This document shows, piece by piece, positions 56,957 to 64,000 of a stretch of DNA of 64,000 nucleotides (the first letter of the stretch is position 1; the number at the start of each line of letters is the position of its first letter). The notes beneath the pieces are model-generated. The model was not told where the DNA came from, made no database searches, and saw nothing but the letters and a program-made list of their open reading frames with translations. Position numbers and translations under genes: made by a program. The DNA comes from Candidatus Poribacteria bacterium (lineage in GTDB: Bacteria; Poribacteria; WGA-4E; WGA-3G), in NCBI GenBank assembly GCA_022820835.1, contig JAJEET010000128.1, forward strand, positions 10,744 to 74,743. The letters are read 5' to 3'.

Positions 56957-57744
56957 TCTTGTGCTTCTTCAGACATATTGTTCCATATCTCTTCTGGGAC
57001 CCGTGTGCCGAAGATTCCCGGTGCATCTGGTGCGTGATGAAGTCTACGGAAATAGACAAGTGCAAGCATGTGTCGAACTGTAGATTTTGTCCGATTCGGC
57101 ATTGCCCGGTGCCAGCACCGCATATCACGTACAACGACAGAACCCGCGGGCATCTCTAACTGAAATGAGGGGTAATTAGCGGCGCGATCTTCTTCACAGA
57201 CGTTGTAAGGTGTATTACGGACTGCTTCGTCATCAACGATAAGATGTGAGCCGGGCCACACTTCCGTTGCGCCGTTTTCTATACTAAAGTCAACGAGCGG
57301 AATGTTAACAACGATTGTCGTAACAGGGAGTGCGAAGGGCAATTCAGGGAAAAGTTGTCCTGAGTCTCGATGAATCCATTGCGTTTCGTTTCCGGGCCGA
57401 GTGCTGTTGCATCCGTAAGGCAGATATGCGAAGATTTTTTCACCCATCGCTGCTTTTAGAATCGGCATTGCGAAGGGGTTATCAATGATACGCGGATCCA
57501 TGAACGGCATTTTGAGCATCGGGTTTTCGCCGTTCTGTCTTTCCTCTTCGTTCTGAAGTACATTTTCCATAGCGATGTTGAGTTCTGCTATCCAATCGCG
57601 CGGGAGGACGCTTTCAATGACCACCAACCCCGCCTCCCGTAAAAGGCGCGCCCCTGCATCAACGCTTTCTGGTGTAGGTTTTCCTTCCGTACGTTCTTGT
57701 TCGGAAATTTCTAATTTCGGAATATTAACTATTGTTGCGGTCAT
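56929..57744 (-). CDS. Phytanoyl-CoA dioxygenase (PhyH) family Fe(II)/2-oxoglutarate oxygenase
   Basis: 271 aa. WIHRDSG (HxD), GATEVWPGSH and the distal CWHRAMPN histidine fit the PhyH facial triad layout. Confidence 0.75.
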   Translation of the reverse strand: MTATIVNIPKLEISEQERTEGKPTPESVDAGARLLREAGLVVIESVLPRDWIAELNIAMENVLQNEEERQNGENPMLKMPFMDPRIIDNPFAMPILKAAMGEKIFAYLPYGCNSTRPGNETQWIHRDSGQLFPELPFALPVTTIVVNIPLVDFSIENGATEVWPGSHLIVDDEAVRNTPYNVCEEDRAANYPSFQLEMPAGSVVVRDMRCWHRAMPNRTKSTVRHMLALVYFRRLHHAPDAPGIFGTRVPEEIWNNMSEEAQEVYRFQAHD

Positions 57745-57803
57745 ATCCTAACTCTACCTTTCTGATGGATTTTGAGGAAGTTTTAGTTCCGTTTAGGGGC
57801 AAG

Positions 57804-58559
57804 TCAACTAAGTTCTTTCAGTTTACCGGATGCTCTCAAATTTTCACGAATCGCTTGTCTTACCTGAGCACAGACAGCCGTTGCATGCTCCGCGTCAGTA
57901 TCAGTCGCTGACCCCCCGGGATAACGAGGGTCTACTGCATATTCAGAGAGTTCGGACACGTCGGACCGCCAAACGTGCCAGGCGGGAATAGTCGGTGTAA
58001 TCAGGTCCAGCAATGTTCTGAGATCGTGAGTTCTTGTAAATGGAACGTTCTCCGCTTGGAGCCATGCTTTTAGATACTTTTCGACACATTGCTGGCTAAG
58101 AAAGCAGATGAAATTATAGTTCGGCGTTGGAGCTTGCTGTAGCCACTCTATCGTAGTGTAATCCTCTTCTGCTTTTTCTACCCATTCGCGGGTTAGCGGA
58201 CTCATAAGGTGTTTCTCCTTTCGCACAAATTTCCTGTAGACACCAACGTCCCCATAAAGCACTTTCCCTCTTTCTGTGATTTCTCGGAGAAACCAATCAT
58301 TGTAAGAGATGCGGTAAGCCATATCTTCCTGCGATCGTACAAATAAGTCCATCGGGAAACGCGCCGGAATACGTTCTCGTATTTCGGCGGCATGACGGCG
58401 CGTCTCCGATTCAGGTACGTCCATGACGACCAGCAAATCAACATCTGAATCTTCTGTCGGCGTGCCATACGCATACGAACCGAACAGAATAACCTGCAGC
58501 GGCGAAAATTCACGGACAATATCGTCACAGGTTGCTTGGATGTCTTCTCGGGTAATCAT
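57804..58559 (-). CDS. Fused minimal nucleotidyltransferase (MNT) and HEPN domain protein
   Basis: AGGAGG RBS. LFGSYAYGTPTEDSDVDLLVV matches GSx10DxD. The C-terminal helical domain carries FTRTHDLRTLLDL, an HEPN R..H region. Confidence 0.8.
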   Translation of the reverse strand: MITREDIQATCDDIVREFSPLQVILFGSYAYGTPTEDSDVDLLVVMDVPESETRRHAAEIRERIPARFPMDLFVRSQEDMAYRISYNDWFLREITERGKVLYGDVGVYRKFVRKEKHLMSPLTREWVEKAEEDYTTIEWLQQAPTPNYNFICFLSQQCVEKYLKAWLQAENVPFTRTHDLRTLLDLITPTIPAWHVWRSDVSELSEYAVDPRYPGGSATDTDAEHATAVCAQVRQAIRENLRASGKLKELS

Positions 58560-58832
58560 CTGTCCACCTCCTACTTCTTACCAAGTATAACACAACGTTC
58601 GATACAGGTCAAGGCAGAAAGATTCAGTTTTCAGCACTCAGTTTTCAGTTAAGAGATGCTTGATGAGTCCGATTTGTGATTCATGATAAACTGTTAACTA
58701 TAGTGACCTGTAAAAATAATAGGACACATTTTGAAAGACGGACGAGGGGACCTCGCCCCTACGAACCGTTTTTTGCTAAACGGAAAGTGTCTCTTTAATT
58801 GTTGGTTTCACGAGAAAAAAAATAAGGAGGTA

Positions 58833-58875
58833 AAATTTCACAGCTTTCAAAGTAAATGGGAAAACTGTGAAATTT
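58833..58875. promoter_or_regulatory. 11-bp perfect inverted repeat upstream of the PhyH-SDR-PhyH genes (candidate operator)
   Basis: AAATTTCACAG (58833-58843), 21 nt, CTGTGAAATTT (58865-58875), in the 486-bp intergenic region and about 170 nt upstream of ATG 59046. Confidence 0.3.
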
Positions 58876-59045
58876 GAAAAGTGGAATGTCAAGTTTATTT
58901 CGTTTGACCGGCGAGGTTAGGTGTTTCAGTAATACATAGGGCAAAAATTTGTTGTTTTCTTGTACGACTTGGTATAGAATAACGGAAACTTGTATACAGC
59001 AGGTTACAGAACGAGAACAACTTTCTATGCGCAAAGGAGTAAGTG

Positions 59046-59834
59046 ATGACACCTGAAGTCGCGATACAGAAACGTGAGCAGATGATTGAAGACGGTTTCT
59101 GCGTAGTTGACGATGTTCTTACTGACGAATTCTTGCAGGAACTCCGAGACGAATCGGAGCGTCTTATCGCCGGACATGTGGAACCTGAAGATGTTATCTA
59201 TCAAGGTCAGCACGTCAACGTCCACGGTAATGATAATCCATACATAAAAAAACTGTTGGAATGGCAGCCCTCACGCGATGCCTTAGAGCAGCTTGGCTTC
59301 GGAGATTTCCAAGCATCTGGCGGGATCATTATTCTGACGAAGGAGGCGGGGGGTCCGCCGCTCTATTGGCATCAGGACTGGATGCGTTGGAACGATCCAC
59401 TGAGCTGCGCGCCGTGGCCCCAGACGATCTTCCTCAACTATTATCTCACCGATACGACTCGCGAAAATGGTTGCCTGAAGGTCATTCCGGGTACACATCG
59501 AAAACGCATTGACTTTCACGATATATTGGTGCCGGCACATGAACAAGGCGCACGGTTCATTGATGCGGATCATCCTATCATGTTCAGTGATCATCCGGAT
59601 CAGGTAGATATCTGTGCAAAAGCGGGTTCGTTGGTCATGGCAGATGCTCGACTTCTACACGCTGCCCACGACAACCTGACGGATGTTCGGCGTACACTGA
59701 TTTTGGCATGGCATAACCGCCCTAATACTGTACCGGACTACTGGGACCGAGAAATCCCTGAACCGATTGCCAATCGCGACGAAAACGGCAACTACCCGAT
59801 GTCTCGTATCCCGGGTGATTTCTTAGCGAGATAA
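59046..59834 (+). CDS. Phytanoyl-CoA dioxygenase (PhyH) family oxygenase
   Basis: ATG lies 6 nt after AAGGAG. YWHQDW (HxD), GCLKVIPGTH and LLHAAHDN. Confidence 0.75.
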   Translation: MTPEVAIQKREQMIEDGFCVVDDVLTDEFLQELRDESERLIAGHVEPEDVIYQGQHVNVHGNDNPYIKKLLEWQPSRDALEQLGFGDFQASGGIIILTKEAGGPPLYWHQDWMRWNDPLSCAPWPQTIFLNYYLTDTTRENGCLKVIPGTHRKRIDFHDILVPAHEQGARFIDADHPIMFSDHPDQVDICAKAGSLVMADARLLHAAHDNLTDVRRTLILAWHNRPNTVPDYWDREIPEPIANRDENGNYPMSRIPGDFLAR

Positions 59835-59858
59835 CGACACTGAAGCGAAGAGGCGAAT

Positions 59859-60617
59859 ATGATTCCAATTGATTTGAGCAAGAAAATAGCAGTAATTACA
59901 GGCGGTTCCGGTGCGCTTGGACGCGTCATGGTCAGGACCTTGGCAGAAGCAGGGGCAGACATCGCAATTTGTTATTACCGAGACGAAGAGAGTGCGCAAC
60001 GCCTGCAAGATGAAATCACTGCGAAGGGTGTCCGATCGATCACTGTACAAGCAGATGTTACCGACCAAGGCTCGATAAATTCGATGCGTAATGTCGTCTC
60101 AGAGAAACTGGGTGCAGCGAACATCATCGTTAACAATGCTGTCATTCAGTATAGCTGGACATCTGTTTTAGAACAGTCTCCCGCAGACTATGAAAGCCAG
60201 TTCCAATCTTGCGTTTTGCATAACGTGTATATGGCGCAAGCGTTCGTCCCTGCAATGGTTGAAGCGGGTTGGGGCCGCGTCATCGGCATTAATACGGAAT
60301 GCTCGATGCAAAACTTCGCTGGACAGAGTGCGTATACATCCGGTAAACGGGGGATGGACGGGGTCTTGCGGGTACTCGCCAAAGAGGTCGGTGAACACGG
60401 GGTTACTGTCAACCAAGTTGCACCGGGATGGACTATCAGTGAAAAGAGTGAATCGAGAGAATCGGATGAACATTACTGGAGTAAGGTGCCGATGCAGCGT
60501 CGAGGTACTGCCCAAGAAATTGCGAATACGGTGTTATTTCTCGCGTCGGATCTCGCCAGTTATATCACAGGGGCTTATATTCCGGTGTGTGGCGGGAATG
60601 TGATGCCTGCCATTTAA
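59859..60617 (+). CDS. Short-chain dehydrogenase/reductase (FabG-like)
   Basis: VITGGSGALG (TGxxxGxG), NNAV and YTSGKRG (YxxxK). Confidence 0.85.
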   Translation: MIPIDLSKKIAVITGGSGALGRVMVRTLAEAGADIAICYYRDEESAQRLQDEITAKGVRSITVQADVTDQGSINSMRNVVSEKLGAANIIVNNAVIQYSWTSVLEQSPADYESQFQSCVLHNVYMAQAFVPAMVEAGWGRVIGINTECSMQNFAGQSAYTSGKRGMDGVLRVLAKEVGEHGVTVNQVAPGWTISEKSESRESDEHYWSKVPMQRRGTAQEIANTVLFLASDLASYITGAYIPVCGGNVMPAI

Positions 60618-60634
60618 GACGAATTGAGGTGAAT

Positions 60635-61471
60635 ATGCAACAACACAAACGCCAGTATGAAGTGCTGAATCAACACAATCCGAATTCGGAGACGGGACAA
60701 CACTGGGAAATCGAAGTGCATGCGACACCTGAAGAGCTGCAAACGTTTGCCGACACAGGGTACCTTGTTCGAGAAGGCCTCTTTCAAGGTGAGGCACTCG
60801 AAAAGTTGAGAGACGCGCTTGATCGCTTAGAAGAACGCGAATGGGAAAAACGGGACAGTGCCATCGCTGGCAAGAAAGGTTGGGGTTTCATTCCGCGGCA
60901 TCTCATGGACAAGGATAAAGTATTCTTAGACCTCTTGAAATTTCAACCGACGCTGTCAATCGCGCGTGCGATGATGGGTCCGCTTGTACGGCTTCGTGGG
61001 TTAAGTGCTCGCATTACTTATCCCGGCGATGACCGAGAACATCAAACACCGTGGCACCAACATCTGCGCGTGGTTTCTAAACCTTTACCGCCGTGGTTCT
61101 CACGTCCGCACTGCATGGATTGTCTCATTTATCTCGATGATCTGAACGAAGACACCGGTGCAGTCGCTGTTGTCCCGGGTTCTCACAACTGGTTAGACAA
61201 GGGAACACCGCATACACACGGATCCGTGGAAGGTGAAACTAAGTTGCAGGTGAATGCCGGTGGTGCCGTACTTATCCACGGTAATTTGTGGCATCGTGGT
61301 TTACCAACACTAAATGCCAAACGGCGAATGTTAATTCTCAGTTATACGCCGACGTGGTTACGGAAATCGCCACACGGCGGTCCGCAACCGGAAGACGGGT
61401 TAACGCACGACTATCTCAAAGAAGCAGACCTTGAAGAACGGATGCTATTGGGTGTCGGCGGATATTCGTGA
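60635..61471 (+). CDS. Phytanoyl-CoA dioxygenase (PhyH) family oxygenase
   Basis: ATG 60635 follows GAGGTG. PWHQH, GAVAVVPGSH and NLWHRGLPN. The track's earlier start overlaps the SDR gene. Confidence 0.75.
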   Translation: MQQHKRQYEVLNQHNPNSETGQHWEIEVHATPEELQTFADTGYLVREGLFQGEALEKLRDALDRLEEREWEKRDSAIAGKKGWGFIPRHLMDKDKVFLDLLKFQPTLSIARAMMGPLVRLRGLSARITYPGDDREHQTPWHQHLRVVSKPLPPWFSRPHCMDCLIYLDDLNEDTGAVAVVPGSHNWLDKGTPHTHGSVEGETKLQVNAGGAVLIHGNLWHRGLPTLNAKRRMLILSYTPTWLRKSPHGGPQPEDGLTHDYLKEADLEERMLLGVGGYS

Positions 61472-61477
61472 TCGCAC

Positions 61478-62275
61478 CTACCAATCGGCTTTAAGCTGTC
61501 CCCAACGGAGAGCAAGTTTACCAGCAGGTTGAACCGGTAGTCCTTTTGCTGCGAAGATTTGTTTTACCTCATTCGCAGAGACGGCTCTGTTGTAAATCAA
61601 TACTTCATCGATTACACCGACAAAACCGCCATCTGCTGTTGCACTACCGATTTCAGTTTCTGTGCCTTGTGTCTGTATAGGCCCGTTATATTCAAACTCA
61701 CTTTCCAGTTTCCCGTCAATATAGAGGAGCAGTTCGTCTTTATTAACAACACCGACCATGTGATGCCATGTGTTTTTAGGGAACGGAGGCACACCAAGCG
61801 TAGTATGTCCTTGCCACCCGGGTTGTACGATGAGAAGCATCTCTTTACCGGGGTTTCTGCCATCGAATCGCATGACCCATCCGTTCACGTCGCGTTGACC
61901 GACAATAGTTCCACAGCACGTATCTGGAATCACACCGACGACGGGTTTATCACTATCAGGGTTGACCCAAGCGACGACACTTAATTCCTCTGCACCGTTG
62001 AAATCTAACGTATTTGTGCCGGGAATATGAACAAAGTTTTCACCGTTGAATTCAAGTGCGTTTCCAACTTTACCCGGAACGACCTTCGGATTTCCATCAA
62101 GTTCACCATCATTATTTCCGAGCAGGTCCTCTACTTTACCACCGACAATAGTGCCTTCGTCAAATGACCAGTAACCGACGACACCATCTGTTGGGAACTG
62201 TGCCGTAATTGGTAGAACAGCAACACACACCATACCGATACTCAGTATGAAAATAGAGATCATCTTATGGAACAT
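61478..62275 (-). CDS. Secreted LamG / concanavalin-A-like lectin domain protein
   Basis: ATG 62275 follows AGGAG. Signal peptide ...VAVLPITA/Q. GYWSFDEG..GNNDG.L.G..GKVGNALEF.G, WHHMVGV, LYIDG and DEVLIYNRA match the LamG_3-type pattern. The protein ends KLALRWGQLKADW. Confidence 0.8.
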   Translation of the reverse strand: MFHKMISIFILSIGMVCVAVLPITAQFPTDGVVGYWSFDEGTIVGGKVEDLLGNNDGELDGNPKVVPGKVGNALEFNGENFVHIPGTNTLDFNGAEELSVVAWVNPDSDKPVVGVIPDTCCGTIVGQRDVNGWVMRFDGRNPGKEMLLIVQPGWQGHTTLGVPPFPKNTWHHMVGVVNKDELLLYIDGKLESEFEYNGPIQTQGTETEIGSATADGGFVGVIDEVLIYNRAVSANEVKQIFAAKGLPVQPAGKLALRWGQLKADW

Positions 62276-62777
62276 TAATTTTCTCCTATACGCTAAGGGA
62301 ACCGAAAAGCTTTTTGATATTGATCCGCAGGGGAAATTGAGCACAACATGGACAGACATTAAAAACAATTAGCGTGTAGACATTAAACAGGCTGCCTTTT
62401 GAGGTATGAGATTGAACACTTATTTTTTGAATTCACTTCATGTTTGCGAAGACGAAAGTTGGGAACAGAAAATAGGTGTTGCTTTTTTTTAATAATTCTT
62501 ATATGATAACCTTAGTTAACAATTGTAAATCCGTATAATCACGGACTGCACACAACATTGCAACATTAACCCGTTAGTTAAATCCATGAGATACTCCTTT
62601 TTAGTGTTCGGTCTGTGGTAGGATAGAAACACTAAAACGGAGCACCCATGGATTGCCAAGCAAACAGCCAAGTGCTTATCTCTTGTTTTAAGGTAGCAAC
62701 TTGAGTTATTGGCGCTGCAACGCGGATAAATTCCGCAAGAAGCGTTCCTATTTGCTTTCACTTGTTAGTCAAACGTA

Positions 62778-62807
62778 TTCACGAAAAGTTCAATTTTTTG
62801 CTAAAAT
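62778..62807 (+). promoter_or_regulatory. Extended -10 type promoter for the second LamG gene
   Basis: TTCACG, 18 nt, TAAAAT preceded by TGc (TGcTAAAAT), about 55 nt upstream of ATG 62864. Confidence 0.35.
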
Positions 62808-62863
62808 TTTTACCGAGATGTTGGCAAAACATGACGCTCATCAATGATAAAAGGAGATTTCCG

Positions 62864-63682
62864 ATGAAAACTACTTTTATATTCAGATTTCTGGTTTTAA
62901 GCCTGATGCTGGCAGGTGCCGTGGCAGCGAGCCATGCCCAGGGTGTCAGTGCTAAAGAGCTTATTATCTACTACAGTTTTAATGAAGATACACTGAAAGG
63001 CGATGATGTTTTAGATGTATCTGGCAACGGAAATGATGGTCTCTTACGCGGTGGGAATTTAGATATTGTAAAAGGTAAAGTCAATGAGTGTATGGAGTTC
63101 CCGGGCAGTGCTGCAGACTATATTTCCGTACGGAACCACATGTATGACGCGCCAATTGAGGAAATAACTTTTTCTGTCTGGGTTAAAACAGATGTCCGAG
63201 GCATGATCGCCTCATGGGACAGGAGCGAATTTTTCCGTTTTGCTGTAGGCGATGATGTCGGTGGCAACAACGGCACAACTTTTGTTGCCTTTGATCACTG
63301 TTGTCCTATACACGATTGGTTTGGTAAAGCAGATGTCGCCGATGACAAGTGGCATCACCTCGTCGGAAGGTTCGATGGCGACGAGAAGCGGATCTATGTT
63401 GATGGCAAATTAGATGCGAAAGTCGCCTCAACGACAAAAGTCATTGGCGCGGGTGCCGATCGCTTCGGGTTCATAGGGATCGGTTCCGAAGCCGCAGCGT
63501 TCAACGCAGGGGTGGGACCCAATTGGGCATTTAATGGGCTGATGGATGAGTTCATGCTATTTCATAGGGCACTAACAGAGAAGGAGATTGAACGGCTCGC
63601 CGCAGGACCTGCTAATCCGCTTGCCATTGAACCGACCGACAAACTTACCACGACGTGGGGTTATATTAAGGATACGCGGTAA
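62864..63682 (+). CDS. Secreted LamG / concanavalin-A-like lectin domain protein
   Basis: ATG lies 7 nt after AAAGGAG. Signal peptide ...AVAASHA/Q. YYSFNED..GNGNDG.L.G..GKVNECMEF, WHHLVGR, IYVDG and DEFMLFHRA. The protein ends KLTTTWGYIKDTR. Confidence 0.8.
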   Translation: MKTTFIFRFLVLSLMLAGAVAASHAQGVSAKELIIYYSFNEDTLKGDDVLDVSGNGNDGLLRGGNLDIVKGKVNECMEFPGSAADYISVRNHMYDAPIEEITFSVWVKTDVRGMIASWDRSEFFRFAVGDDVGGNNGTTFVAFDHCCPIHDWFGKADVADDKWHHLVGRFDGDEKRIYVDGKLDAKVASTTKVIGAGADRFGFIGIGSEAAAFNAGVGPNWAFNGLMDEFMLFHRALTEKEIERLAAGPANPLAIEPTDKLTTTWGYIKDTR

Positions 63683-63790
63683 GGCAAATTTGTACAAGTG
63701 GGATCAACGGAGTCATCTCTATCTTGTTCTGTTGTATATTTTCGGAAAATTACCAAAACCTTAGTATATAGAGCAGGGATGTTGTAACTC

Positions 63791-63819
63791 TTGCTTTTTT
63801 TGAGATTTTTTTGTAAAAT
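63791..63819 (+). promoter_or_regulatory. Sigma70-like promoter for the third LamG-paralog gene
   Basis: TTGCTT, 17 nt, TAAAAT, about 80 nt upstream of ATG 63901. Confidence 0.4.
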
Positions 63820-63900
63820 AAAGTATCTGGCAGATTTTGAAAACTGACGATTCAGAATGGTACACATCCAAGACGTGCACAACATAAAAGGAGATTTTCA

Positions 63901-64000
63901 ATGAAAGCGAATCTTATGTTCGGATTATCGGTTTTAAGTCTACTGATGTTAGGTACCGTGTTGGCGGTCAATGCGCAAGTGGTCAGTACAGATGACCTTG
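63901..64000 (+). CDS. 5' end of another secreted protein (probable LamG paralog), cut by the window edge
   Basis: ATG 63901 follows AAAGGAGATTTTCA, the same RBS context as the 62864 gene. It translates to MKANLMFGLSVLSLLMLGTVLAVNA/QVVSTDDL, a signal peptide similar to the 62864 protein. Not in the ORF track because it is truncated. Confidence 0.6.
   Translation, partial: MKANLMFGLSVLSLLMLGTVLAVNAQVVSTDDL

Noticed and set aside
58795-59225. Two minus-strand ORFs (85 and 66 aa) in or around the 486-bp intergenic region upstream of the PhyH operon.
   Set aside because: They have no RBS, and one overlaps the PhyH start region. The sequence is AT-rich with promoter and operator-like features, so it is more likely regulatory DNA. 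A small protein cannot be fully excluded.
62516-62761. 81-aa minus-strand ORF between the LamG genes.
   Set aside because: No RBS and a Cys/Asn-rich composition. It overlaps the strong hairpin element. It is treated as non-coding.
1-64000. Search for tRNA, rRNA, tmRNA, IS elements, integrases or prophage blocks that would mark an island.
   Set aside because: I could recognise no cloverleaf-type sequence (no GTTCGAATC-like T-arm in the intergenic regions), no transposase or integrase ORF and no long terminal inverted repeats. The accessory-looking genes are interspersed with housekeeping genes rather than forming a bounded island.

Overview
The window is a 64-kb chromosomal segment from an uncultured-looking Gram-negative bacterium. 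Genes are densely packed, AGGAG-type ribosome-binding sites are frequent, and sigma70-like promoters are readable. I support about 58 protein-coding genes. I found no rRNA, tRNA, CRISPR array, transposase, integrase or prophage. Housekeeping genes include scpA-scpB-thrC, class-I xylA, cstA, acnA, a CCA/poly(A)-polymerase family enzyme, a DinG-like helicase, htrA, mqnD-like and ftsH-folP-acpS. They are interleaved with many envelope or secreted proteins: LamG x3, a CBM9-like protein, an FGE/SUMF1-type lipoprotein, a tandem sCache lipoprotein, M28 and M6-like proteases with T9SS-type C-terminal domains, and a PorV-like barrel. A small oxygenase locus carries three PhyH-family genes plus an SDR. 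The items most worth a second look are: (1) a co-directional four-gene cluster at 37.2-44.6 kb, encoding a four-motif beta-gamma-crystallin fused to a GATase1-like domain, a repeat-expanded flotillin, a Zn-ribbon protein with a jelly-roll insert, and a secreted HExxH protease; (2) a short conserved C-terminal tail ([VI]-[EQ]-P..KL..WG.[IL]K) shared by three otherwise different secreted proteins, which may be an unrecognised sorting signal; (3) a DRG-like GTPase coupled to a membrane VWA protein; (4) a coiled-coil/HNH gene pair, a fused MNT-HEPN protein and an orphan SPPY DNA methyltransferase; (5) several families of short intergenic repeats and hairpins, including a 67-bp tandem duplication of a gene's 3' end. 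All functional calls rest on motif recognition by eye. No database search was run.
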